Made by a program: the position numbers and the translations under genes. From the human T2T-CHM13v2.0 reference genome, Homo sapiens, in assembly GCF_009914755.1 (NCBI RefSeq), contig NC_060938.1: a DNA stretch of 64,000 bases; one strand, written 5' to 3'. The notes under the pieces are model-generated. The model saw nothing but the letters and a program-made list of their open reading frames with translations. It did not search any database and was not told where the DNA came from. The stretch's first letter is position 1. Each line of letters starts with the position of its first letter. Shown one piece after another: positions 15,611 through 36,235 of the stretch.

Positions 15611-15980
15611 TATGTTAGTCTGCTCTCACGCTGTTATAAGGAGATACCTGAGACTGGGTAATTTATAAAGGAAAGAAGTTTAATTGACTCATAGTTCCAC
15701 ATGGCTGGGGAGGTCTCAGGAAACTTACAATCATTGCAGGAGGAGAAGCAAACACATCCTTCCTCACATGGTGGCAGGAGAGAGAAGTGCCGAGCAAAGT
15801 GGAGAAAGCCCCTTATAAAACCATCAGATCACATGAGAACTCACTATCACAAGAACAGCATGGGGGTAACTGTCCCTATGGTTCAATTACCTCCCACCAG
15901 GTCCTTCCCACGACATGTGGGGATTATGGGAACTATAACTCATAATGAGATTTGGGTGGGAACACAGCCAAACCATACCA
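15611..15980 (-). mobile_element. Solo THE1 (THE1C/D-like) LTR inside L1
   Basis: MaLR LTR sequence ending CAGCCAAACCATACCA. Confidence 0.88.
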
Positions 15981-18265
15981 GATTAATTCCATGTCTTTGC
16001 TATTGTGAATAGTGCTGCAGTGAACATTTTGCGTGCATGTGTCTTTATGGTAGAATGATTTACATTCCTCTGGATATATACCTAGTAATGGGTCTGCTGG
16101 GTCACATGGTAGTTCTACTTTTAGCTCTTTGATTAATCACCATACTGCTTTCCACAGTGGTTGAACTAATTTGCCCTCCCACCAACAGTGTATAAGTGTT
16201 ACCTTTTCTCTGTAACTTTGCCAGCATCTGATATTTTTTGGCTTTTAATAATAGCCATTCTGACTGATGTAAAATGATATCTCATTGTGGTTTTGATTTT
16301 CATTTCTCTAATGATCAGTGATAGTGAGCTTTCTTTCATATGCATGTTGGCCGCGTATATATCCTCTTTGAAAAGCATTGTTCATATTCTTTGCCCACTT
16401 TTTAATGGGGTTGTTTCTCTTGTAAATTCAAGTTCTTTATAGAGGCTGGATATTTAGACCTTTGTCAGATGCACAGTTTGCAAATGGCTTCTCCTATTCT
16501 GTAAGCTGTCTGTTTATTCTGTTTAGTTTCTTCTGTGCAGAAGCTCTTAAGTTTAATTAATCCCACTTGTCAATTTTTGCTTTTGTTGCGATTGCTTTTG
16601 GTGTTTTTGTCATAAAATCTTTGCCCATTCCTATGTCTGGGATGGCATTCCCTAGGTTGCCTTGCAGGGTTTTTTTATAGTTTTGAGTTTTACATTAAAG
16701 TCTTTCATTCATCTTGAGTTAGTTTTTGTAGATGGTATAAGGAAGGGGTCCAGCTTTAGTCTTCTGCATATGGCGAGCCAGTTATCCCAGCACCACTTAT
16801 TGAAGAGGGAGTTCTTTTTCCCCATTGCTTGCTTTTGTCAGCCTCGTCAAAGATCAGGTGGTCATAGGTGTGCAGCCTTATTTCTGGGCTGTCTATTCTG
16901 TTCCATTGATCTATGTGCCTGTTTTTGTATCAGCACCATGTTGTTTTGGTTACTGTAGCCCTGTAGTATAGTTTGAAGTTGGTAATGTGATTCCTCCAGC
17001 TTTGTTCTTTTGGCTTAGGATTGCCTTGGTTATTTGGGCTCTCTTTTGGTTTCATATGAATTTTAAAATAGGTTTTCCTAGTAGTTCTGTGAAGAATGTT
17101 GTTGGTAGTTTGATAGGAATGGCACTGAATCTGTAAATTGCTTTGAGCAATATGGCAATTTACATGATATTCTTCCTATCTATGAGCATGGGATGTTTTT
17201 CCATTCATTTGACTTCTATGAGCAGTGTTTTATAATTCTCATTGTAGAGACCTTTCACCTCCCTGGTTAGCTGTATTCCTAGGTATTTTATTTTTTTGTG
17301 GCAACTGTGAGTGGAATTGCCTTTCTGGTTTGGTTTTTGGCTTGGCTTTTGTTGGTGTATAGGAATGCTAGTGATTTTTATACATTGATTTTTGTTTTCT
17401 TTTGTATCCTGAACTTTTGAAGTTATTTATCAGCTAAAGGAGCTTTTGCGCTGAGACTATGGGGTTCTGTAGTTATTGAATCATGTTGTCTGCAACAGAG
17501 ATAGTTTGACTTCCTCTCTTCCTATTTGGATGCCCTCTATTACTTTCTATTGCCTGATTGCTCTGACTAGGACTTCCAATACTATGTTGAATAGGAGGGG
17601 TGAAGGAGGGCATCCTTGCCTTGTGCAGGTTTTTAAGAGGAATGCTTCCAGCTTTTGCCCATTCGGTATAATGTTGGCTGTGGGTTTTTCATAGATGGCT
17701 CTTATTATTTTGAGGTATGTTCCTTGAATACCTAGTTTATTGAGTTTTTAATATGAAGTGGTGTTGAATTTTATCAAAAGCCTTTTCTGTGTCTATTGAG
17801 ATAATCATGTGGGTTTTGTTTATGTGATGAATCACATTTATTGATTTGTGTGTTTTGAACCAAACTTGCATCCTGAGGATGGAGCCTACCTGATTATGAT
17901 GTATTTGCTTTTGGATGTGCTGCTGGATTTGGTTTGCCAGTATTTCATTGAGGATTTTTACATCAATGTTCATCAAGGATATTGGCCCGAAATTTTCTTT
18001 GTTGTTGTTGTTGTTGTTGTATCTCTGCCTGGTTTTGGTATCAGGATGATGCTGGCCTCATAGAATGAGTTGGGGAAGAGAACCCCCTCCTGAATTTTTT
18101 TGAAATAGTTTCTGTAGGAATGGTACCAGCTCTTCTTTCTACATCTAGTGGAATTCAGCTATGAATCTATCAGGTCCTGGGCTTTGTTTGGTTGGTAGGC
18201 TATTACTGATGCCATTTCAGAGCTCATGATCGGTCTGTTCAGGAAATCAGTTTCTTCCTGGTTCA

Positions 18266-18355
<90 letters not shown>

Positions 18356-19560
18356 TTATTTCTATTTCTGTGGGGTCAGTGGTAATATTCCCTTCATCAT
18401 TTCTAATTGTGTTTATTCAGATCTTATCTCTTTTCTTTATTAATATAGCAAGTGGCCTATCTGTCTTACTAACTTTTCAAAAAACCGCCTCCTGGATTCA
18501 TTAGTTGATCTTTTGAATGTTTTTTTGGTATCTTGATTTCCTCCAGTTCAGCTCTGATTTTGGTTATTTCTTGTCTCCTGCTAGCTTTGGGGTTGATTTG
18601 TTCTTCTCTTATTCTGTCAGTTGTAATGTTAGATTGTAAATTTGAGATGTTTCTAACTTTTTTTTTTTTTTGAGACGGAGTTTCGTTCTTGTTGCCCAGG
18701 CTGGAGTGCAAACAGCATGATCTCGGCTCACCGCAACCTCCACCTCCGGGGTTCAAGTGATTCTCCTACCTCAGCCTTCCGAGGAGCTGGGATTACAGGC
18801 ATGTTCCACCACGTCCAGCTAATTTCGTATTTTTAGTAGAGATAGGGTTTCTCCATGTTGGCAAGGCTGGTCTGGAACTCCTGATCTTAGGTGATCCACC
18901 TGCCTCAGCCTCCCAAAGCGCTGTGATTACAGGCATGAGCCACTGTGCCCAGCCGAGATGTTTCTAACTTTTTGATGTGGGCATTTAGTGCTGTGAATTT
19001 CCCTCTTAACACTGCCTTAGCTGTGACCCGGAGATTCTGTTATGTTATATCTTTGTTCTCATTAGTTTCAAAGACTTCTTGATTTCTGCCTTAATTTCAT
19101 TATTTACCCAAAAGTCATTTAGGATCATGCTTCATTTCCATAAAATTGCATGGTTTTGAGCGATTTTCTTAGTCTTGTGTTTTTATTGCACTGTGTTCCA
19201 AAAGTGTTTGGTATGACTTCGGTTCTTTTGCTTTTGCTGAGGATTGTTTTATGTCCAATTATGTGGTCAATTTGAGGAGAATGTATATTGTGTTTTGGGG
19301 TGGAGAGTTCTGTAGAGGTCTATCAGATCCATTTGGTCCAAAGTTGAGTTTAGGTCTGAATATCTTTACTAATTTTCTGCCTTGATCTGTCTAATACTGT
19401 CAGTGGAGTGTTGAAGTCTTCTACTATAATTGTGTGGGAGTCTGTCTCTTTATAGGTCTCTAATAACTTGCTTTATGAATCTGGGTGCTCCTGTGTTGAG
19501 TGAATGTATATTTAGGATAGTTGTGTCTTCCTGTTGAATTGTACCCTTTACCATTATGTA

Positions 19561-20960
<1,400 letters not shown>

Positions 20961-21918
20961 AGGTGCAATGCTGCTACCAGTGGCTGTCTGGAGTTCTAAG
21001 CCAGTGGGTCTTTATCTTGTGAGGTTTGTGGAAGTGGGGCCTGCAGATTGTCACTGCTCAGCCCCCTGGATTCAGCCTTTTTCCTAAGGATATGTACAGA
21101 GGTCAAACCTCCCGCTTTGCTGGAGTTGCAACTACTTTTGCTGGGAAGTCTGGAGAGTCCGAGTATCAAGGCTTTCCTGGGTCTCCACATGTGCCTGAGT
21201 GGCTGTTCTGTTGAGACTCCATGTAGCTGTGTGTGTCAGTCAGAAGGCCCTGGTGGAGTGGGTTCACAAGGAGATCTCCTGACCCAAGGATTGCAAAGAT
21301 CCATGGGAGAAGCATGGGTTCCTGGGGTTGTACATTCATGTGCCACTACCCAGGGTCGGGGGAGGTTCCCTTGGCTCCATGTTGCTCCTGGGTGGGCCAT
21401 CATCCTGCCTTACTTTTCTCCATCCTCCATGGGTCAAGTTGCTTCCTTGATTAGTCCCAATGTGAGTAACTAGATGTTTAAGTTGAAGGTGCTGTATTTA
21501 CTTGCTCTTTCTGTTCCTCTCCATGAGAGCTACGTATATTACCTGCTTCTAGTCAACCATCTTGGCCACCTCCAGCACCTAGGATCCTTGAAAATGTATT
21601 GAAACTTGTTTTATACCCCCGAACGTGGCTGATCTTTGTTAATTTTCCATGTGTTCTTAAAAAGAATGTGTATTCTGCTGCTGCTGTTGAGTGGAATGTT
21701 TTATAACAAGTTTGTTGTCAATGTTCAATTCTTCTACATCTGTGGTAGGCAAATTAAATATCACACAAAGATTTCCATGTCTGAATCTTTAGAAGTTGTG
21801 AGTATGTTATTTCAGTTGACAAAAGGGATTTTGCAGACATGATTCAGGTTAAGGAAACTTAGATGGATATTTAGATGAAGCCTAGGTTGTCCAGGTGGGT
21901 CCAGTCTAATCACATGAG

Positions 21919-23856
21919 TTTTTTTGTTTTTGATTTTGTTTTAACCTATGAGTCTGCCTTTTTATTGCAAGACAACAGGTAGAAGAAACCACACAAACAT
22001 ATAAGGCAAACACTCTTAGAATGATCATCCAGGTTATGAAATAGAAGTTTTCCAGCAATCCCAGACTCTTCATGTACACCTTCTTCACTTTAACCTGTCC
22101 CACTATAGAGATTAGTTTTAGTTTTCTATATCATCTAACTAGTTTAATAATTCCATCAGAGATGGATCAGTTTAAAAATTGGAATCTGTTACATAGAAGC
22201 TATCCGCATTGGATAGAGCAGGGCTCAGCAGACCCTACGTTTGAATGACTAAGTTGACTTGCTCAGATTGTCCTGGGAGGGAAGACACAAAGGCAAGAAG
22301 TGTCTCCATAGTACTGCTTTGCTTTTATCATTGTCATCTCAGCCATCGCCTCTGGAGGCCTGTGAAATTGGAGCAGCCAGCCCTGGAAGTGGTGCCCAAA
22401 GCCTGTCTCACTGGCTTCATCTTTTGGAGGGGTGGGCAACAGCATTTGTCAGAAATCTTGACAGCTGAGGATCCTTTTCCTCTGAGCTAGAGGTCTTGGC
22501 TGGGCTCCAGGGGAGGCTTGAGCTGCCCCACGGAGACCATGGTGCTGAGCTGTCCCGAGGCACAGCTTGCAGGTGGGAAGGCGACCAAGTCTGAGTCCTT
22601 GTTCTCACTCTGATCACTGTGCTGCTGCTTGTGGCATCTCAGAGTCATCCCTGACAAAGGCGGCGCCGCAGGTCTCACAGCGAAAGGCCCTCTGCCTCAC
22701 GATCTTGGCCACGTGTCGGGAGCTGCTCTGTGAGCCCTTCCTTGCCCGGAGAGGCCCAGTTCTCTGTCTTGGCCTCATCCTTGTGCACCCTGTCGATGCG
22801 CTTGGCCAGGCTGCTGGGCCACTTCGCGTCGGAGCTGCAGAAGTCACACTTGAAGTTTCAGTCCTTACAGTGGACTCCGCTGTGTATGCACAGGGCGGCT
22901 GCGCTGGAGCAGGAGTTGCACTCAGGACACTTCTCTGGGTGGTCGGCCTGGTGCAGCCAGCTATGCTCCAGGAAGTCAGCCCATCCTGGCCCTGGAAGGC
23001 ACAGTGCAGACACTTGAAGGTGTGCTTGATGCGGATGTGCGATTTGAGATTCGCCTTCATGGTGCAGCGGACGTCGCTGCAGAACTCGCACTCGAAAGGC
23101 TTCTCCCCCAGTGCACGATCATGTGCCTTTTCAAGTCTGAGCTGATTTTGAACTTGGCGCTACAGAGCCAGCACTGGAAGGAGATATCCCCAGTGTGGGA
23201 TCGCAGGTGGACGGTGAGCTGGCTGGAGTTGCGGCTGACATAGGGGCAGAGCTGGCATTTGTATGGCTGCTCGTCCGAGTGGATCCGTAGGTGCTTCTTG
23301 AGGCTCCTGCTGTCCACGGCAGCATAGTCACACAAGTAACACTCGTGCGGCATCACATGTGCATGGTCAGGTTGTCCTTCCGCTGAAGCACTTGTCACAG
23401 AACTCACACTTGAGCGGTTCGTCACCCGTTGTGGATTCTGAGATAGCGGTCCAAGTCTTTCATGCCATGGAGAGTTTTGAAGTGGCAACCTGGGTAGCAA
23501 CAGTCGAATGTCCTCTCTCCAAGGGCGGCTGTTTCTTCCCTTGACTCTGAGGGAAGAGTGATGACAGGGGCCTTCTGCTTTCAGTCACTGCTTTCAGTGG
23601 AGAGGCAGGTTGCTTTTGGAATATCATTATCAAGTTCTGAAGCTGCACAACTCGCTCCTTCCCATCCTTCGGGCCTTCACTCGAAGGTCCGCTCCTTGGT
23701 GAGGATTTCCCTGGACAACGCATTTGAAACCTAACCCCAGGGCAGGGAGCCACCTTCCAGGTGCGCAGCCGAAGCCCAGTGCCAAGGAGGCCGGGGACTT
23801 GGGTGCCCGCGTACACCGAAAACAGTCTCTGAGGGGTCCTCAGAGCATCTTTCCAG
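21919..23856 (-). pseudogene. ZFP64P1: Processed pseudogene of ZFP64 (alternative C-terminal zinc-finger isoform), frameshifted
   Basis: Intronless C2H2 array (CDYAAVDSRSLKKHLRIHSDEQPYKCQLCPYVSRNSSQLTVHLRSHTGD, FQCWLCSAKFKISSDLKRHMIVH, MKANLKSHIRIKHTFKCLHCAF, ending PLEPSQDL*); multiple frameshifts; AATAAA at 21961-21966, decayed poly(A) at 21919-21942, imperfect TSD CATG(AG)TTTTT at a TT/AAAA site. The P1 symbol is from recollection. Confidence 0.92.
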
Positions 23857-24050
23857 CATGTTTTTAACAGCAGAGAAACTTTCCCAGCTCTAATCAGAGG
23901 GAGAGGTCATTATGGAAAAAGGGTCAGAAATATAATGTTGTTGACTTATAAAGATGGAAAAAGGAGGCCATGAGCCAAAAAGTGTAAGTGACCTCTAGAA
24001 GCTAGAAAAGACAAAGAAGTAGAAACGAATGTACCTTGCTGACATCTTGG

Positions 24051-24077
<27 letters not shown>
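24051..24077. repeat. (GT)n microsatellite followed by CGCGCACG
   Basis: Directly visible; a second GT/GA-rich tract lies at 24229-24270. Confidence 0.95.
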
Positions 24078-24083
<6 letters not shown>

Positions 24084-24435
24084 CGTATGTTTCTCAATGA
24101 AATGTTAAACTTCGAGCCTGTAGTACTATAAAATAATAAATCTGTATTTTTAAATGACTAAATTCTTGGTAATTTGTTGCAGCACCAAGAGAAAACTAAT
24201 ACATTTGCCAACGTAGTTGGCATTTCTTGTGAGTGTGTGTGTGAGTGTGTGTGTGAGTGTGAGTGTGTGTATGGATGTTTCTTTAGATTCACATTTCTAA
24301 TTGGTATCACTCTGTAATTTTTTAAACACTTACAGTGGAGGTCTACTAGCAATGTAATATTTCAGCTTATGTCTGAAAGTTCCTATTTCACCTTCATTTT
24401 TTGAAGATATCTTCGTTGGGTAAAGAATTTGAGGC

Positions 24436-24880
<445 letters not shown>

Positions 24881-25037
24881 TTATATTTCAAACAATGGTT
24901 TAAGGTACTACAAAAAGGTAATTTTTGGTGAAAAATGGATCAACTAATACTAGGTTGACCAAAGATCTGATTTGTCTGTATATATACTATATATCATATA
25001 GATAGTAATTGTATATGTAATTATATGTGAATATATA

Positions 25038-27694
<2,657 letters not shown>

Positions 27695-28509
27695 AGCATA
27701 TATTTACTATGACCTCACAAGTCCCACAAGATTAGCATTATCATCCTTGTCTTACAAATGCAGTCAATCAAAGCCAGGGGTTTAAATATTAAGTTTTTTG
27801 TTTGTTTTGTTTTCAAATCTATATAGTTAGTAGGTAGCACAATCAGAATTTGTACAGAGCGCTTTCTTTCTCTGACTTTATACTCTTAACCACTATGCTA
27901 CTTATAGTTGTCCCTGTAAATCCTCTCATACTAAACAGCTGAATAATGATAAATTATTGACTTGGTCTGTAGTATGGTAAAGCTTTCTGCTGCTTTTTTT
28001 CTAGTCATTATGTTCTTCTCTCCAATGTGCTTTTAGTTTGTTTCCTATCTGTCTCAATCATCAAACTTATAGTAGATTTCTATTGTGTTGCCAGGTAGCA
28101 TGAATTTATCTGAATATATTCTAATATTATTGGGAGCACCCATCTTCAACTCTCGGTACATTCAGTTCTGGTGAAGCTAACTTCTTTGCTAGTTGGTCTG
28201 CCTTTCCCGTAGTATTAAAAGCTCCATGAAACAAGGACTTTGTCTATTTCCAGTTTCTAGTATTATACATTGTATATGAGATGATCAAGTAAGTTACAAA
28301 TTAAGTTATTTTATCTCTTTGAATCTCCATTTCTTCATAGGAGAAATATATAAATACTTATACCACAATGTTCTCTGAATTTTAATAATATAATGGTACT
28401 GATATGCTTGGTCCATGTGAAATGACCAAAATAAATGTTCACCAAGTGTTAATATGTTTATTTACTGTCTTGATAGGTTTATCTCCTGGAAGACAGAAGC
28501 AACAAATAG

Positions 28510-28914
<405 letters not shown>

Positions 28915-29427
28915 TAGAGTTAGAATCCTAATAGGGAGAGAAAAAAAATAGACATGGTTAAATGGTTGACCAAGACTATAAGAAGTACATCTCACAAAAC
29001 TCAAAAGACACTATTATATTGTCATGAGACCTACAGAGGGAAAGATGAACCAAAAGGAATCACATACTATCAAAATCTGGAAGTGCAAATGCTCTCGAAG
29101 TAAGAGAGGAATTATTTAAATCCTGTGTGGTTGGACAAAGAGCTCTCCATTAAGCTCAAATGTTAAAAGAACTTGCACAAAAGATAAAAAGATAGGAATA
29201 TATATTCAAAAAAGAATATACAAATGTGGCAGGCCTGGAGCAATAGTACCAAGAATTCATACACATCAACCACCTGCCCACATCAGACTCGGGTTCTTGC
29301 TGCCTTCTTTGCTCCTCCCCTAAACCTCTACCCAATGTACCCCCAATCCTCTTGCCATTTTCGCCAAAAATGAGCTGACTTGCAAAAATGCTACAGACAG
29401 CTAGAGAACTTCTTAAATTTATGATCT

Positions 29428-29672
<245 letters not shown>

Positions 29673-30198
29673 AGTATGAGAAATAGCCACCTGAAGATAA
29701 GAAATAGATACACTGTAAATGATGTCATGTTTACACATGAAGAACTTCTCTTCCTATTTTGCTTGTATATTCTTTGTCAAGAAATGATTTTTTTTTTGTA
29801 CCGGGGGGAAAAAGTAGAATGGTGTGGGATCCTGAAATATAATTAATGAAGACATTTTAATAGATAGCTGGTCCTGTCCTGTCCAAGACAAATTTCAAGA
29901 CAATAGAACTCACGAGTGAAATTGCTCAACTTCTGCTAGGGACCTTTGAAGCACTCTGAAGAAAACGAGAGTTACTACTGGGAACAATGGAGAAAGGAAA
30001 GCTAATAATGTAAGATACTAATTGTAAGAAAACATCCTGAGAAAGTGAGAAGGGACAGGATCTAGTTCACAAAGGCGTTTGGCCTAGGGAGCAAGGGCAG
30101 TTTATTAATTACAAATTATTAAGAGATGCAGGAAGTGGGTAGAGTTGGTGGTGGTTAAATGAGTAGTTCTCTTATGAGAATCAACTTACTGAGAGTAA

Positions 30199-30979
<781 letters not shown>

Positions 30980-32889
30980 TCAGTGATTATGAATTTAAAG
31001 TGAGGCCAGTTGGAGCAGCTGACTGTCTTTCTCTGGCCATTTTCAGTTGCTTTGGTGTAATTGCAGAATAGGAAAAGAGTTTAGTTTAACCAGGGTTGGG
31101 AAGTTGGGATTGCCATAGGTAAATGTCATAAAGGTAGATAGGGGCAAGCAAAGTGATTGTGTTTCAGGGGAAGTGGCTCTAGTGATAGATCATGGAACAT
31201 AAGCTGAGTAAAGAGATCATGAGGACATGAGGTAGATGTAAGGCTTAGTGGTGGACAGTGGAAAAGTGGTGGGATCAATGGATAGAGGAAACAAATTTTA
31301 GAAGTGAAGAAGAAGAAAGATGGATGTCCAAAGTCTTGGATGCTTGAAATAAAGACCAGAGATAGTGAAATTATTGACAAGGTAGAGTGTGGTCTCATCT
31401 TTCTCTCCACAATTCAAATATATCAAATATGAGATATTGAAAGCACTAAGAGTAGTGATAGAGGTAGTAGTGAGAAAAAGACAGTGACCCAAGTTCTAAA
31501 ATCAGTGAGGGAGGTGGCCAGGAGGTAGGTAGATGACTGCAACAAGGAATGTCTAATCTGTTTCTAATTATAGCCTACTGCTTGGGATTGATCTGTTGGA
31601 AAATCAGTAGTAATGAGGCTTGAATTTGTATATTATATACAAATATATAATATGGAAATGTATATATTATACTGTAATATACAAATGTATATATTCTCTC
31701 TACATATATATTATATATCTCCCTGTCAGTGGTATCATAGCCATGAGAGGAATGGCCTGAGCAAAGCACACAGCAATCTTGGCTCATTTACAGATTGCAA
31801 TGGACAATTTACCAGCCAGTGAAGTGATCACCTTGTGGGCTAAGGTGGAGAAAAGATGTCTAACTAGGGGAAGGGAGTGGAATAAAAACCCTGTAGTTAA
31901 TTTTGTACTTTGTACTTCTAGAAAGTATAAAGAAGCTTAAATAATCTTTTCAAAGGAAATCTTCAAAGGTGTACTCATTTGTTGTCTACTACTTGTTTGG
32001 GGGTTCCTCTTATAGGTTCCACTGTGAATCGCTATTCCTAAGTAGATGGGAACATCTGTAGAAAACTCTTTGTGCCTATGTCCAGATCATACTGTTCTGT
32101 GGGCAAAAACCTCGTGGCTTCTTTTCTAAAGCCCCCATTTTCAGACACCTATTGGAAATCTTAGGAGCAGTAATGTCAGTTTCTTCTCCCCAATACCACA
32201 TGTTTACTTCTCCAGTTATCTCTGGTCAATGAAGACAAGCGCAGTCTTATTTCAGGGTCAAAGTACAGCCAATTTAGTACTGCTTGAAAAGTGGAATCCA
32301 AGGGCTGTCACCCTGGGCATCAATATAAAAATAAAATTGCTGCATTTAATTAGCTTCCACCACTGCAGGCTACTGCTGCTGCTTTCTCTCCCCCGCAAGA
32401 TTCTACCACTTTTTCTTTCCCCAGGTGGATGTATCACGTTTAAACGTGAAAATTGCCCTGTTCTCTTCAGGAAACCAACCGTAGAACTAAACTCTACCTT
32501 TCTTGGACTTCATCTTTTCTAGAATTGCATACATCTTGTATCTTCTCTAGGGTCAGGCTGGAAAATCAAGACCACTTTATCCTTCCCCGATATCCAACTA
32601 ATTCTAGGTCTCAATTAGGATAAGGTTTGGCTGCATATAATAAGAAAATCCAAAATAATAGTTACTTAAACAACTAAAAGTTTATTCCTTTTTCGTAAAG
32701 TCCAGAAGGAATTGAGGCCTCACATGATAGCTAAATGAATTTGTGAGAGATCTAGGCTCTTTCCAGCTCTCTACACTGCCATCTATAGGAGGTGGCCCTC
32801 ATCTTTATGGTCCAACATAGTTGCTAGATCTTCAATCATCATCTTCACTCTAGGCAGTAGGAACAAAAACAGGTGTATTCCCCCTCTTT

Positions 32890-33176
32890 ATTTTTGGAGA
32901 TGGGGTCTTGCTCTGTTGCCCAGGCAGGAGTGCAGTGTAGTAATCATAGCTACTGCAGCCTCAAACTCCTGAGCTTAAGGGATCCTCCCACCTTAGCTTC
33001 CTGAGTAGCTAGGACTGCAGGCACTGTGTCTGGCTAAATTTAAAAAAAAAAAAATTTTTTAGAGACAAGATCTCACTATACTGCCCAGGCTGGTCTCACA
33101 CTCCTGGGCTTAAGTGACATTCCTGCCTCAGTCTCCCTAGTAGCTGGGACTATAGGATTATGCCATCATGCCAGCT
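32890..33176 (-). mobile_element. AluJ-like element within a probable old MLT1 LTR (~32610-33370)
   Basis: Alu consensus; flanks resemble MLT1J/K-type sequence. Confidence 0.65.
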
Positions 33177-33566
33177 TATCCCCTCTTTTAAGAAGTCTTC
33201 CCAGACCTCCTGCATATCAGTGGCCAAAACCTAGTCACATGGTCACATCTAGCTGCAAAAGAGGCTAGAGAATATAGTCTTATAGCTGGGTAATAACATG
33301 CATGGTCAAATTTCAGCCTTCTTTTTTTTAAGGAGGAAGGGGAGGATGGTTAACTGGAAGCAACTATTTGTCCTGCCTTTTCCTCCTACTCAATACATAG
33401 ACAACATAGCAAGAGATACTGTTGCCCTTTGAGAAGCCAAACAGTTTAGTATGGCTAAATTCACTAATTATTACTTTATGAATTAATCAGAAGGTATTCT
33501 TAAGAATTTAAAATCTTAAGTATTCTCACCACAAAAGTGATAAGAATGTGAGGTTATATATGTTAA

Positions 33567-33918
<352 letters not shown>

Positions 33919-34589
33919 CATGTATATGTATTTCAAAACATTGCATAAGATATATATGTACAATTTTTATTTGTCGATTTAAAAAAGAATGGAGACTTGA
34001 GGACATGGGGTGTTCTTAAACAGTAGTGTGACATTCAGTCTTATTTTAGAAGAATCCTATTTGGAGGCTGTGTGGGGAGAGCAGGTTGGAGTGGGGCAAC
34101 TTTAAGAGGTTCATGGTAACCTTGGCAAGTACAGATTTGATGAAATGATGGGGGCGGGGTCAGGGAAAGGCAATTCCAAATCTTGGACTTTCAGATCATT
34201 GATTTTTTTCTAATGTCTTGTGATCTTTTTCTTTTACCCACTTCACCATTATGTGAACTACCTCAGAATTGCTTATTTTAAATATCCTGCTTTTTGACCA
34301 TCATTTAAGAAAAAATATTTCCAACAAATCTACTTTAGCATCTCCACTTCAAAAAAGCCTTTACTCCCAAACACTGACCCTACCAGTTTTCATACACATC
34401 AACCATCTGCCCACATCCACCTCTGGTTCTTGCTTATACCCACTGTGACTTGCATGGACACTGTTAAATTTACATGTAGTATCTGGAGAATACATAGGAA
34501 TCAGGACAAAGGGGTGGGGAGAGGGCAAGGACAAAAGAAGGAATGATATGAGAAATAGTGCTAAGATGAGTGACCACACTTGTCACTAG

Positions 34590-34917
<328 letters not shown>

Positions 34918-35176
34918 AGTGCTGAACTTTTCATAATAAACTATAGGTGTATGGTTAGGCTAGCATAAATGGTTTCTAGTGAGTTTTTACTCAGAATACC
35001 ATCTATTCTTCAGAGTAGCTAGAAGGGCAAGGAAGATTAAGGTGCTTGACACCACACTTAGTACATTTTTTTATCCATAACACTTCAAACATTTTAACTG
35101 GAAATCATTTCAAACTTACAAATAGGGTTACAATGATAATACAAATAATCCTTGCTTCATTGCCTTATTTCTCTCA

Positions 35177-35564
<388 letters not shown>

Positions 35565-35725
35565 TCATAGTCTCTATTCCTAAATACACCAGTGTATACT
35601 TTTGTAGAAGATACTTTTACATAAATGCAGTAACTAACTTCAGTATATTTAATATTGATATAATACTGTTTTCTAAGCTACTATCCTTATTCCAATTTTG
35701 TCAGTAACTTCAATGTCCTTTATAG

Positions 35726-36235
35726 CAGTGGCCCCCAAACTCTTTGGCACCAGGGTCTGGTTTTGTGGAAGACAATTTCCCATGGACCGGGGTTGAAAGG
35801 GGACGGATGGTTTTGGGATGATTCAAACGCATTATGTTTATTGTGTATCTTATTTCTATTATTACATTGTAATATATAATGAAATAATTATATAATTCAC
35901 CATAATGTAGACTTAGAGGGAGCCCTGAGCTTGTTTTCCTGCAACTAGACGGTCCCATCTGGGGGTTATGGGAGACAGTGACAGATCATCAGGCATTAAT
36001 TAGATTCTCCTAAGGAGTGCGTAACCTAGATCCCTTGCATGTGCAGTTCACAATAAGGTTTGCGCTCCTATGATAATCTAATGCCACGGCTGATAAGACA
36101 GGAGGCAGAGCTCATGCACTAATGGGAATACGAGGAATGGCTGTAAATACAGATGAAGTTTTGCTTGGGTCACCTGCTGCTCACCTCCTGCTGTGTGGCC
36201 TGGTTCCTAATGCCCAGGAGGCTGGGGACCACCTG
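35726..36235 (-). mobile_element. MER1A hAT-Charlie non-autonomous DNA transposon
   Basis: Near full-length match to MER1A, TIRs present, 8-bp TSD CTTTATAG/CTTTACAT. Confidence 0.88.

Larger units (their letters stand above)
21741..24203 (+). mobile_element. MLT1 (MLT1D/E-like) solo LTR split by the ZFP64 retrocopy (21741-21918 and ~23861-24203)
   Basis: Starts TGTGGTAGGC and ends GAAAACTAATACA; the two halves are collinear with an MLT1 LTR. Confidence 0.75.

Noticed and set aside
22567-23145. 192-aa plus-strand ORF, the longest in the track
   Set aside because: Antisense shadow of the GC-rich ZFP64 zinc-finger frame; non-ATG start and no independent domain.
31620-31720. TA-rich quasi-palindromic tract (similar one at ~24970-25040)
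   Set aside because: Low-complexity decayed (TA)n; self-complementarity is trivial.
35990-36085. Imperfect hairpin (ATTAGATT..AGGAG..CTCCT..AATCTAATGCC)
   Set aside because: Intrinsic internal palindrome of MER1A.
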